A DNA stretch of 38,516 nt from Chthoniobacteraceae bacterium (GTDB taxonomy: Bacteria; Verrucomicrobiota; Verrucomicrobiia; Chthoniobacterales; Chthoniobacteraceae). Position 1 is the first letter of the stretch. Each line of letters opens with the position of its first letter. Location: positions 1-38,516 of the forward strand of contig JANNXQ010000237.1 in NCBI GenBank assembly GCA_031409655.1, in the 5' to 3' direction. Shown one piece after another: positions 19,629 to 28,930 of the stretch. Below the pieces are notes generated by a model, which saw only the letters and a program-made list of their open reading frames with translations, did no database searches and was not told the DNA's origin. Position numbers and translations under genes: made by a program.

Positions 19629-20304
19629 CCCCGACAAGCCCGAACTCCAGCGCCGTCCCCAGCCCGGGAAACGGCTCCTCGATCTCTGCATCGCCGGCCC
19701 CGCGTTTCTGGTGCTGCTGCCGATCATGCTGGTCACCGGCAGCGCCATCGCCCTCTTCCTCGGCTGGCCAGTCTTCTTCCGCCAGCGTCGGCCCGGTCTG
19801 CTCGGTCGGCCCTTCGAAATGATGAAATTCCGCTCCATGACGGTGTCGCGGGACACGGATGCCCACCTGCTGGGCGCACTCGACCGCGACCGGCTCACGA
19901 AGCTCGGCCGTTTCGTCCGCAAGACGAGTCTTGATGAACTTCCCCAGCTCTGGAACGTCCTCCGCGGCGATATGTCGCTCGTCGGTCCACGCCCGTTGTT
20001 CATGGAATATCTCCCGCACTACAGCGCCGAACACTTGCGCCGCCATGAGGTGCGTCCAGGCATCACTGGCTGGGCGCAAGTCAACGGCCGCAATGAGACG
20101 AAGTTCAGCGAACGTTTCAAACTCGACCTCTACTACGTGGACCACTGGAGCCTCGGCCTCGATCTCCGGATCCTCGCGCTCACGCTGCTGCGAGTGGTGC
20201 GCTCGAGTGGGGTGAAGAACGCCCAGCCCACGGAGGACGTCGATGATCTCCACCTCCATCCTGAGAGCCGCCGGAAGGCTGGCCTGCCTGTCCTTTCGAT
20301 CTGA
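19618..20304 (+). CDS. small monotopic phosphoglycosyl transferase (PglC/EpsL-like priming transferase)
   Basis: KRLLD, KFRSM, SLDELPQLWNVLRGDMSLVGPRP, RPGITGWAQVNGRN. Confidence 0.93.
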   Translation: MVTSPDKPELQRRPQPGKRLLDLCIAGPAFLVLLPIMLVTGSAIALFLGWPVFFRQRRPGLLGRPFEMMKFRSMTVSRDTDAHLLGALDRDRLTKLGRFVRKTSLDELPQLWNVLRGDMSLVGPRPLFMEYLPHYSAEHLRRHEVRPGITGWAQVNGRNETKFSERFKLDLYYVDHWSLGLDLRILALTLLRVVRSSGVKNAQPTEDVDDLHLHPESRRKAGLPVLSI

Positions 20305-20305
20305 C

Positions 20306-21463
20306 ATGAACAAAGCCCAGCATCCCCGAGTTTATCTTTCCTCTCCGCACATGGGTGGGGAGGAACTCAGCCTCGTCACCGAAGCCTTTGCCACGAACTG
20401 GATCGCGCCGCTCGGGCCGCACGTGGATGGCTTTGAGCGCGAGCTCGCCAGCTTCGTCGGGGCGCCCCATGCCGCCGCGCTCTCGTCCGGCACCGCCGCG
20501 ATTCACCTCGCCCTGCGCCTGCTCGGAGTCCAGCGCGATGATGAAGTGCTCTGCTCCTCCTTCACCTTCAGCGCGAGCGCGAACCCCATCGCCTACGAAG
20601 GCGCCAAGCCCGTTTTCATCGACTCCGAAACGACGAGCTGGAATATGGACCCCACCCTGCTGCGCGAGGAACTCGACGCCTGCGCCGCGCGCGGTCGCCT
20701 GCCGCGCGCCGTGGTCGTCGTGGATCTCTACGGACAAAGTGCGGACTACGACCCGATCGTCGCCGCCTGCGCGCACTACGATGTGCCGATCATCCAGGAT
20801 TCCGCGGAAGCGCTCGGCGCGACTTACAAAGGTCGCAAGGTCGGCACCCAAGGGCGATGCAGCGTCTTCTCTTTCAATGGCAACAAGATCATCACCACCT
20901 CCGGCGGCGGCATGCTCGTCTCGGCGGATGCGGCGATGATCGAACGCGCGCGCTTCCTCGCCACCCAGGCGCGCGATCCCGCGCCGCACTACCAGCATTC
21001 CGCCATCGGCTTCAATTACCGCATGAGCAACGTCCTGGCCGGGATCGGTCGCGGCCAGCTCCGCGTCCTCCCCGATCGCATCGCCGCCCGCAAGCGCAAC
21101 CGCACCCACTACGAAGCCACCCTCGGCCAGCTCCCCGGTCTTCGCTTCGCGCCGATCGCGGCTTACGGCGAGGCCAACTATTGGCTCACCTGCCTGACCA
21201 TCGATCCGGCGGAATTTGGCGCCACCCGCGAAGACGTGCGGCTCGCGCTCGAAGCCGTGAACATCGAATCCCGCCCGGTCTGGAAGCCACTGCATCTCCA
21301 ACCAGTCTTCGCCGGCAGCCGCGTGCGCGGCGGCGCGGTCTCGGAAGCACTCTTTACCCACGGCCTCTGTCTGCCGAGCGGCTCCAATCTCCCTGACGAC
21401 GACCTCGCGCGCGTCTGCGACATCGTCCTCGAAGTGCATCACCACGGCACGCAGCGCGGCTAG
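20306..21463 (+). CDS. PLP-dependent UDP-4-keto-6-deoxy-GlcNAc aminotransferase (PglE/EpsN-like, DegT family)
   Basis: YLSSPHM, SSGTAAIHLAL, DSAEALG, SFNGNKIITTSGGGM, SRPVWKPLHLQP. Confidence 0.92.
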   Translation: MNKAQHPRVYLSSPHMGGEELSLVTEAFATNWIAPLGPHVDGFERELASFVGAPHAAALSSGTAAIHLALRLLGVQRDDEVLCSSFTFSASANPIAYEGAKPVFIDSETTSWNMDPTLLREELDACAARGRLPRAVVVVDLYGQSADYDPIVAACAHYDVPIIQDSAEALGATYKGRKVGTQGRCSVFSFNGNKIITTSGGGMLVSADAAMIERARFLATQARDPAPHYQHSAIGFNYRMSNVLAGIGRGQLRVLPDRIAARKRNRTHYEATLGQLPGLRFAPIAAYGEANYWLTCLTIDPAEFGATREDVRLALEAVNIESRPVWKPLHLQPVFAGSRVRGGAVSEALFTHGLCLPSGSNLPDDDLARVCDIVLEVHHHGTQRG

Positions 21464-21499
21464 CCCTGCGCAGCCAGAACGACGCACACTCCTCTATCG

Positions 21500-23506
21500 A
21501 TGTCCGAAATCCTTCGCATAAATCGCTCACTCGTCCGCCTCCGGCGGCTCTACGGCCTCTTCGCTGAGGTGGGGCCCATGCGGTACGCCATCCTCCTTTT
21601 CGCCTACGCCACGGCTCTCTCTCTCACCCTTTGGATCTCCTATCTGGTGCGCTTTGATTTCGATGTCCCGCCGCACTTCGTCACCAATTTTCTCTACTGC
21701 CTCCTCTGGATCATCCCGCTCAAACTCCTGGTGCTCGCGGTCTTTGGGCATTTTCGCGATTCGCTGAGCTACTTCAGCACTCCGGACTTCCTCCGGCTCG
21801 CGTTCGTCTTCCTCGGCAGCTCCGTGGTCGTCGGCATCGTCAATCAATTTGGCGGTACTGAGTATGCCCCGCCGCGCGGGGTGATCCTCATGGATCTCGT
21901 CCTCTCGGGAGGTGCCATCGCTTCTGGCCGGATGGCGCTGCGCTTCGGGCGCGAACGCTTTCTCGCGCCGAAGACCCGGAAGAGCCGGCGCATCCGGCGC
22001 GTGGGCATCATCGGCGCGGGCGATACGGGGGCGCAGCTTTGCCGTGACCTCCAGTCAAAGCGCTGGCTCGGCCTCAAGCCGATCGCCTTTTTCGATGACA
22101 TCCGCCAATCGAAAACCCGCCTCCACGGCGTCCGCCTCTGGGGCACGCCCGAGGACCTCCTCGACCGGCACGTCCGGCTGGCGCTCGATGAAGTGATCAT
22201 TGCCATGCCCTCCGCGCCGGCCGCGCGGCTCCGCGAGATCGTCCACATCCTCCAGGAGTCGCGGCTGTCCTTCCGCATCATCCCCTCTCTCTCCCAGCTC
22301 GCCACCGGGTCGGTCAGCGTCAGCACGCTTCGCCCAGTGCAGATCGAAGATCTGCTCGGCCGGGAGGAGATCGACATCGACACCGAAGGCATCCGGCAAA
22401 TGATCGCCGGCCACACCGTCATGGTCACCGGCGCGGGCGGGAGCATCGGGAGCGAACTCTGCCGCCAGATCGCCTCCTTCCGGCCGAAAATGCTGCTCAT
22501 GGTCGAGCGCTCGGAGCCCGCCCTTTTCCCGATCGAGCAGGAACTCGTCGAAGGCGGCATGAAAGACATCCTCGTCCCGCTCGTCGCCGACATCCTCGAT
22601 CGCTCGCGGATGGAGGAAATCTTCCAGCGCTATCGTCCCGAGGCCGTCTTCCACGCCGCCGCGCACAAGCACGTGCCGCTCATGGAAAGCCAGCCCCGCG
22701 AAGCCATCCGCAACAACGTCTTCGGCACCACCCAGGTCGCCGAACTCGCGCACGCCTACGCCGTGGAGCGCTTCGTCCTCATCTCCACGGACAAGGCCAT
22801 CAACCCCACCAATGTGATGGGCGCGACCAAGCGCATGGCGGAACTCCGGGTGCAGGCGATGCAAAATCGCCCCGGCACTTCGACGCAATTCATGGCGGTG
22901 CGCTTTGGCAATGTCCTCGGCTCCTCCGGCAGTGTCGTCCCCATCTTCACCCGCCAGATCGCCGCTGGCGGGCCGGTGAAGGTGACGCACCCGGATGTGA
23001 CCCGTTACTTTATGACGATCCCCGAGGCCGTGACTCTCGTCCTCCAGGCAGCTTGTCATCCCTGTGGCGGCGACATCTTCGTGCTCGATATGGGCAACCC
23101 GGTGAAGATCGTCGATCTCGCCCGCCAGATGATCGAACTCAGCGGCTTCAAGCCGGACATCGATATCAAAATCGACTTCACTGGCCTGCGGCCCGGCGAA
23201 AAGCTCTACGAGGAACTGAGCCACAGCGCGGAAAACGTCGGCCCGACCGACCATCCGAAGATCACGCGCTTTATCTGTGAGCCGCTCTCCGACAGCGAAG
23301 CCAAAGCGCGCCTCGCCGAACTCGCGGCGGCCATCGAAACGAGTGACGCTCTGACGCTCAAGCTCCTGCTCAAGAAAATGATTCCTGAGTACACGCCGCA
23401 CCTTCCCGTCGCCGAGCCCCCAAAGATCACGGCCCCCTCACCGAATATGATGCCTTCGCTGCCCTCGTTTCAGACGCCTGAACCGACCAAGGCACTCTCG
23501 GCCTGA
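21500..23506 (+). CDS. membrane-bound UDP-GlcNAc 4,6-dehydratase (PglF/CapD/EpsC-like)
   Basis: Four N-terminal TM segments, GAGGSIGSE, HAAAHKHVP, STDKAINPTNVMGATKR, RFGNVLGSSGSV, GLRPGEKLYEEL. Confidence 0.94.
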   Translation: MSEILRINRSLVRLRRLYGLFAEVGPMRYAILLFAYATALSLTLWISYLVRFDFDVPPHFVTNFLYCLLWIIPLKLLVLAVFGHFRDSLSYFSTPDFLRLAFVFLGSSVVVGIVNQFGGTEYAPPRGVILMDLVLSGGAIASGRMALRFGRERFLAPKTRKSRRIRRVGIIGAGDTGAQLCRDLQSKRWLGLKPIAFFDDIRQSKTRLHGVRLWGTPEDLLDRHVRLALDEVIIAMPSAPAARLREIVHILQESRLSFRIIPSLSQLATGSVSVSTLRPVQIEDLLGREEIDIDTEGIRQMIAGHTVMVTGAGGSIGSELCRQIASFRPKMLLMVERSEPALFPIEQELVEGGMKDILVPLVADILDRSRMEEIFQRYRPEAVFHAAAHKHVPLMESQPREAIRNNVFGTTQVAELAHAYAVERFVLISTDKAINPTNVMGATKRMAELRVQAMQNRPGTSTQFMAVRFGNVLGSSGSVVPIFTRQIAAGGPVKVTHPDVTRYFMTIPEAVTLVLQAACHPCGGDIFVLDMGNPVKIVDLARQMIELSGFKPDIDIKIDFTGLRPGEKLYEELSHSAENVGPTDHPKITRFICEPLSDSEAKARLAELAAAIETSDALTLKLLLKKMIPEYTPHLPVAEPPKITAPSPNMMPSLPSFQTPEPTKALSA

Positions 23507-23533
23507 GGCACCGCGATTCGCGCCGCCCGGAGG

Positions 23534-25195
23534 TCAGCTTCCGAGGAGGTCGATCTCCATCGTCACAAGGCAGACGTCGTCGGTGAAATTCTTACTCGCG
23601 GAAAATTCGCGGATCTCGCGGACGAGGTCCGTGCAGAGCGCTTCCGCAGACAGCGCCAGCCGCCTCTCGACGGCGTGCTGCAACCGCTTCTCGTCGTACA
23701 GATCGCCCGTCGCGCTCTCGACCTCGAAGAGCCCGTCCGTGAACAGCATCAGCACGTCGTGCTTGGCCAGGCGGATCGTCCACGTCTCAAAGATCGCGCT
23801 CTCGAAGAGCCCGAGCGCCGGTCCGGGCTTGCCGCCAGCCAGACCGAAGACCGAGCCTGCACCCAGACCGCGGCGCAGGCACAGCGGACTCGGGTGGGCC
23901 GCATTGGCGTAGTGCAGATCGCCGGTCGTCAGATCGGCCACGGCGAAAAAGGCCGAGACGAAAATCGGCGTCGGCGTCGGTTTCAACGCCCCACACAGCG
24001 CGTGATTCACACGGGTCATAAATTCGCCCGGTGTCTCGGTCCGTCCGCGGGATTCTTCGACCAGGGTGCGCACGATCGCCGCGACCATCGCCGCCCGCAC
24101 CCCGTGGCCCATGACGTCACAGATGAAAATGCCCGCCAGCGTGTCCGAGATCTGCAGGATGTCGAAAAAATCGCCGCTGACTTCTGCGGAAGGATTGAAG
24201 AAGTGCGAGAAGCGCAGGGCGCTCGCCCCAAGCTCCGCATCCCGCGGGAAGCGCGGATACTTCTGGGGCAGGAGCGCCGTCTGCAATTCCCTCGCCATCT
24301 CGAGATCCGCCTGCAGTTCGGCATTCTTCCGGCGGAGCAACTCGGTGGAGATTTCGAGTTCCTGTTCCGCGCGCTTGCGCGCCGTCACATCGCGCGAAAG
24401 TCCGAAAGTGCCGACGATCCCTCCGTCCGCATCGCGCAGCGGCATCTTCGTCGTCGCGACCCAGGTCGCGCTCCCGTCCGGCCACAATTCCTTTTCCTCG
24501 TGATCCACCAGCGGCTCTCCGGTGCTCATGATTTTCCGCTCGTCCTCAAATGCCTCCTGCGCGCGCTCCGGGCTGAAAAAATCGAAATCCGTCTTGCCGA
24601 GAATCTCGGCCATCTCGACGAGGTTGTGCTTGGCCAGCGTCGCCTTGTTCACGCAGACAAAGCGACTCTCGCTATCCTTGAAGTAAATCTTGTCCGGCAG
24701 ATTCTCCATCAGGCAGTTCAGCAACTGCCGCTCCCGCGCGAGTTCCGTCTCCGCACGCCGCCGCTCGGTGATGTCCCAGCAGGCCCCCGTCATCCCGAGG
24801 GCCTTGCCGGCTTCGACTCCCTGCACGCTCCCCCTCACCCTCAAGGAATGCACGCTCCCGTCACTTTTCCAAACCACCCGGCACTGCACGTCGCAGGTCG
24901 AAAGCTCCCGCACCGCCGCACCGATTCCCTTCCGCACGGCCCCGCGATCCTCGGGATGGACCAGCGCGAGAAATTCTTCGTAGCTCCCTTGAAACGACCG
25001 CCCCTCGACTTCCAGCAGCGAGCAGCCGAGCGAGTCCACATGGATCTGCCCCGTATTGATGTCCCACGCCCACGTCCCCACTTGCGCCGCCGTCACCGCG
25101 AGTTCCAGCCGCGCGTAGCGTTCGCGCAAAGTATCGTCGCGCTCACTGGATGAGGGAGGGATCGGGCCGGGCCGCTGTTCGGTCTGAGGGTTCAT
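23534..25195 (-). CDS. PAS-PAS-PP2C (SpoIIE/RsbU-like) serine phosphatase
   Basis: PAS motifs VHPEDR and YFKD...GKTDFD; PP2C motifs SGDFFD, CDVMGHG, NAAHP, FTDGLFE, DDVC. Confidence 0.92.
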   Translation of the reverse strand: MNPQTEQRPGPIPPSSSERDDTLRERYARLELAVTAAQVGTWAWDINTGQIHVDSLGCSLLEVEGRSFQGSYEEFLALVHPEDRGAVRKGIGAAVRELSTCDVQCRVVWKSDGSVHSLRVRGSVQGVEAGKALGMTGACWDITERRRAETELARERQLLNCLMENLPDKIYFKDSESRFVCVNKATLAKHNLVEMAEILGKTDFDFFSPERAQEAFEDERKIMSTGEPLVDHEEKELWPDGSATWVATTKMPLRDADGGIVGTFGLSRDVTARKRAEQELEISTELLRRKNAELQADLEMARELQTALLPQKYPRFPRDAELGASALRFSHFFNPSAEVSGDFFDILQISDTLAGIFICDVMGHGVRAAMVAAIVRTLVEESRGRTETPGEFMTRVNHALCGALKPTPTPIFVSAFFAVADLTTGDLHYANAAHPSPLCLRRGLGAGSVFGLAGGKPGPALGLFESAIFETWTIRLAKHDVLMLFTDGLFEVESATGDLYDEKRLQHAVERRLALSAEALCTDLVREIREFSASKNFTDDVCLVTMEIDLLGS

Positions 25196-25284
25196 TGGGC
25201 AAACTTTCCGCTGCGTCGTGAAAGGTCAGGCTGTGCCCTCCGGAAGTCAAAGCCTTCGCCCGCCCGACCCCACCCGGCACCCCA

Positions 25285-25605
25285 TCATCCGCGGATGCGC
25301 GTGCGCCAGAAAGCGAGGCCGCCGCTGCCCAGAGCGAGGAGGAGAATCACGCCAATCGGAAAGAGAAAGGTCGCGAGCGTGTGACCGAGGAAAGTGGACC
25401 AATCCTCAAACCCGGCAAGGTAGTAAACCACCGCCGGCACAATGAGCAGAGAAGGCAGGCCGACGAAAACCAGCGCCGATCGACCGGCATTCACCATCGT
25501 GGGCACGAAGCCATCACTGCGCCGCCAGTTCGAGCGCGTCGTCCCGATCGCCTTGTAGGGGCGGAATCGGACGTAGTCGTTCGGTTTCTTCATTCCGGTG
25601 ATCAT
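25285..25605 (-). CDS. hypothetical small membrane protein
   Basis: Two hydrophobic segments at the C-terminus; start at 25605 or 25593; same strand as and upstream of the phosphatase. Confidence 0.55.
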   Translation of the reverse strand: MITGMKKPNDYVRFRPYKAIGTTRSNWRRSDGFVPTMVNAGRSALVFVGLPSLLIVPAVVYYLAGFEDWSTFLGHTLATFLFPIGVILLLALGSGGLAFWRTRIRG

Positions 25606-25763
25606 CGGCAGGTCGCGTTGCGGAACAAAGGAGATGTGCCCGCCAGAATCAAGGGATTCCTCATCCCCCGATGCCCGAAAGCGGGATTTCACCCCTATTT
25701 TCATCTTGTCGCTCCCTTCCATTGCGCCGAGCATCCCCCCCCGTTAGTTCCATCTCATTCCCT

Positions 25764-26204
25764 ATGGAAATCAGCGGCACCGTCAGTGTTATCCTCCACC
25801 AAAAAAACGCCAGCGTCTGGTCCATCGACCCCACGGCCACGGTGTACGACGCCATCGCGATGATGGCGGAAAAGGGCGTCGGCGCGTTGCCGGTTTTAAA
25901 TAGCGGCCGGCTCGTCGGCATGGTCACCGAGCGCGACTACACGCGGAAGGTGATGCTCAAGGGCAAATCTTCAAAATCCACGCCCGTGACCGAGATCATG
26001 ACGGACACCCTCGTCGTCGCCCGCCCGAGCGACAGCCTCGCGGAGTGCATGGAGACGATGACCGAGCGGCGCATCCGCCACCTCCCGGTCATGGAGGGAG
26101 AAACGCTCGTCGGGATCATTTCCATCGGTGACCTCGTGAAGTGGATCATCTCCGCGCAGGACGCCACCATCGACCAACTCACGAAGTACGTCTTCGGGGA
26201 GTGA
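25764..26204 (+). CDS. CBS domain pair protein
   Basis: VYDAI..MAEKGVGALPV...GMVTERDY..KV and RIRHLPV...GIISIGDLVK. Confidence 0.92.
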   Translation: MEISGTVSVILHQKNASVWSIDPTATVYDAIAMMAEKGVGALPVLNSGRLVGMVTERDYTRKVMLKGKSSKSTPVTEIMTDTLVVARPSDSLAECMETMTERRIRHLPVMEGETLVGIISIGDLVKWIISAQDATIDQLTKYVFGE

Positions 26205-26295
26205 GCCGTGCGGGCTGGGGAGGAGGAAACTCGCCGCGGCGCGCGACTTGGAGGTTGAGGGGAGCGCCCGACCGGCTTTAGTATTCCCCACCCCG

Positions 26296-26595
26296 ATGCC
26301 CGAACCAACCGCCGACAAAAAGACCGAGCAGACCTTTGAAGCCGCCATGGGGCAGTTGGAAAAGATCGTCGAGGAAATGGATGACGCCACCTTGCCGCTC
26401 GAACAATTGATCGTCCGTTATGCCGAGGGCACCAAACTCGCGAAGGTCTGCGAAGAACGCCTCGCCGCGGTGGAAAAGAAGATCGAGATCATCACCCGCA
26501 CCAGTGCCGGCGAGCCGCGCCTCGAGGAATTCGAGCCCGCCGCCGTCGCCGAACCGAAGGCGAAGACAAAGCGCGAAGACGTCAGTCTTTTCTGA
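26296..26595 (+). CDS. xseB: exodeoxyribonuclease VII small subunit
   Basis: TFEAAM.QLE.IV.EM....LPLE....Y.EG.KL...C...L...E.KI pattern; upstream of dxs. Confidence 0.9.
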   Translation: MPEPTADKKTEQTFEAAMGQLEKIVEEMDDATLPLEQLIVRYAEGTKLAKVCEERLAAVEKKIEIITRTSAGEPRLEEFEPAAVAEPKAKTKREDVSLF

Positions 26596-26596
26596 A

Positions 26597-26632
26597 CTTC
26601 ATCCTTCATCCCTCATCCCCCATCCTTTCCCC
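26597..26632 (+). repeat. heptamer tandem repeat element (TCATCCY)x4 + TTTCCCC
   Basis: cttcatccttcatccctcatcccccatcctttcccc fills almost the whole xseB-dxs intergenic gap. Confidence 0.85.
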
Positions 26633-26634
26633 TA

Positions 26635-28551
26635 ATGCCCACGCCGATCCTGCCCAACATCCAATCTCCCGCCGACATCAAGGCGCTGCGCGACGAGCAG
26701 CTCCCGCTCCTCGCCCAGGAGGTGCGGGAAGAACTCATCCGCGTGCTCTCCGATGAAAATCCCAGTTCCGTGGGCGGCCACCTCGGGCCGAATCTCGGCG
26801 TCGTCGAACTGACCATCGCCCTGCATCGCGTCTTCGACACGCCGAAAGACAAGCTCCTCTTCGACGTTTCGCACCAGGGCTACGTCCACAAACTCTTCAC
26901 CGGCCGCCGCGACCGTTTCCCCACGATGCGCCAGTATGAAGGCCTCAACGGCTTCCTCCTGCGCAGCGAGAGCGAGCATGATTGCTACGGCGCGGGCCAC
27001 GCCGGCACCGCCCTCAGCGCCGCCCTCGGCTTTGCCGTCGGCCGCGACATGCGCGGCTCGGATGAGCACATCGTCACCGTCGCCGGCGATGCCGCCTTCA
27101 CTTGCGGCGTGAGCTACGAAGCCCTCAACAACGTCGCCGAGCAGACCAAGCGTTTCATCGTCGTGCTCAACGACAACGAATGGTCCATCGCCAAAAACGT
27201 CGGCGCCATCGCCACCTATTTTAATAAGATCGCCACCCACCCGAGCTACGCGCGGCTGCACGACAAGGCCGCGCACTTCGTCGAGTTGCTCGGCGGAAAA
27301 TTTGCCCTCAATCTCGCGCACAAAGTCGAGGCCGGCATGAAGAACCTGCTCGTCCCCAGCGTCATCTTCGAGGAACTCGGCTTTCACTACTACGGCCCCA
27401 TCGACGGCCATGATGTGGACGTGCTCGTGAAGACCTTCGAGTTCCTCAAGACCCAGAATGAGCCCGTACTCCTGCACATCCTCACGCAGAAAGGCAAAGG
27501 CTACGCCCCCGCGCTCGAGCAGCCGGACAAATTTCACGGCCTTGGCAAATTCGAGCCAAAGACCGGCAAGACCTCCGCGGCCACCTCCCCGACCTACAGC
27601 GAACTCCTCGGCAAGACCCTCGCGAAATTCGCCGACACCAATAACAAACTCTGCGCCATCACCGGCGCCATGCCCACCGGCACCGGCCTCGTCCATTTTG
27701 CCAAAGCGCACCCGACGAAATACTTCGACGTCGGCATCGCCGAGGAACACGCCGCCCTTTTCGCCGCCGGCCTCGCCTGTCAGGGGATGAAGCCCTTCCT
27801 CGCCATCTACTCCACCTTCATGCAGCGCGCGTATGACATGATCATCCACGACATCGCGCTGCAAAACCTGAACGTCGCGCTCTGCATGGATCGCGGCGGC
27901 CTCAGCGGCGACGACGGCCCCACCCATCACGGCCTCTTTGACATCGGCTACCTCCGCCACATCCCCGGCCTCGTCCACATGCAGCCGCGGGACGAGGAGG
28001 AATTTGTGGACATGCTCTGGACCATGGCCAACTACCACACCGGCCCCATCGCCATCCGCTACCCGCGCGGCGCCGGCACCGGCGCCCAGCCCAAAGCGCA
28101 GCCGAAGATCCTCGAAATCGGCAAAGCCGAAGTCCTCACCCACGGCAGCCGCGCCCCCGCGCAGGTCGCCATCATCGGACTCGGGAATATGTGCGAACTC
28201 GCGCAGCAAGCCGCGCAACTTCTCGAAGCTCAAGGCATCAGCACCGCCGTCATCAATCCCCGCTGGATCAAACCCCTCGACGCCGGGACCATCGAATTCT
28301 TCGCCCGCAGCGTCGATGTCGTCTGCACCCTCGAAGACCACGTCCTGCACAACGGCTTTGGCTGCGCCGTCATCGAGCACCTCAACGACGCCGGGATCAA
28401 AACCCCCGTCGTCCGCATCGGCTGGCCCGATCAATTCGTCGAGCACGGCGCCGTGGACATCCTCCGCAAAAAGCACGGCCTCACCGCCGAAGCCGCCGTC
28501 GAGAAAGTGCTCCTCCACGTGAAGGCCGCAAAGCGCAAGAGCGTGGCGTAG
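26635..28551 (+). CDS. dxs: 1-deoxy-D-xylulose-5-phosphate synthase
   Basis: GGHLGPNLGVVELT, DVSHQGYVHK, YYGPIDGHD, DVGIAEEHA, YSTFMQRAYD, DGPTHHG, IRYPRG. Confidence 0.97.
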   Translation: MPTPILPNIQSPADIKALRDEQLPLLAQEVREELIRVLSDENPSSVGGHLGPNLGVVELTIALHRVFDTPKDKLLFDVSHQGYVHKLFTGRRDRFPTMRQYEGLNGFLLRSESEHDCYGAGHAGTALSAALGFAVGRDMRGSDEHIVTVAGDAAFTCGVSYEALNNVAEQTKRFIVVLNDNEWSIAKNVGAIATYFNKIATHPSYARLHDKAAHFVELLGGKFALNLAHKVEAGMKNLLVPSVIFEELGFHYYGPIDGHDVDVLVKTFEFLKTQNEPVLLHILTQKGKGYAPALEQPDKFHGLGKFEPKTGKTSAATSPTYSELLGKTLAKFADTNNKLCAITGAMPTGTGLVHFAKAHPTKYFDVGIAEEHAALFAAGLACQGMKPFLAIYSTFMQRAYDMIIHDIALQNLNVALCMDRGGLSGDDGPTHHGLFDIGYLRHIPGLVHMQPRDEEEFVDMLWTMANYHTGPIAIRYPRGAGTGAQPKAQPKILEIGKAEVLTHGSRAPAQVAIIGLGNMCELAQQAAQLLEAQGISTAVINPRWIKPLDAGTIEFFARSVDVVCTLEDHVLHNGFGCAVIEHLNDAGIKTPVVRIGWPDQFVEHGAVDILRKKHGLTAEAAVEKVLLHVKAAKRKSVA

Positions 28552-28625
28552 TTGCCTACCTCACTCGCCTGCCGGAAGACACCGATTGATTGGCAGGCGG
28601 GTCGGAGCTATCTGAATTTTCACCA

Positions 28626-28877
28626 ATGACACCGTCCCAACTCCGTCACGTCTGGAGGGCCAATCCGTTTCGTCCATTTACGATTCATCTGGCAGGCGGG
28701 AACAAAGTCGAAGTGCCCCACCAGGATTTCATGGCGCTGTCGCCCACCGGACGTTTCGCTTTCGTCTATGGGCCGCACGGCGAGCACTTCCATATCGACG
28801 TGATGCTGGTCACGGCCCTGGAGGAGCGAAGCGATGAGTCAAAGGGCTCCAGGAAGTCGGGACGTTCGAAAAAGTAA
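28626..28877 (+). CDS. small hypothetical protein (PF.PF.I.L..G....V.H.D pattern)
   Basis: 83-aa beta-rich ORF MTPSQLRHVWRANPFRPFTIHLAGG...; resembles small proteins I associate with PVC-group genomes (inference). Confidence 0.7.
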   Translation: MTPSQLRHVWRANPFRPFTIHLAGGNKVEVPHQDFMALSPTGRFAFVYGPHGEHFHIDVMLVTALEERSDESKGSRKSGRSKK

Positions 28878-28930
28878 GCGGACCGCAGGCCCTTTTCTTT
28901 CGCGCTTCCCGGTCGCCCCCCAGCTCCCGT

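Noticed and set aside
28878..28905. Possible terminator after the small ORF
   Set aside because: A T-tract is present but the stem is short and mismatched.
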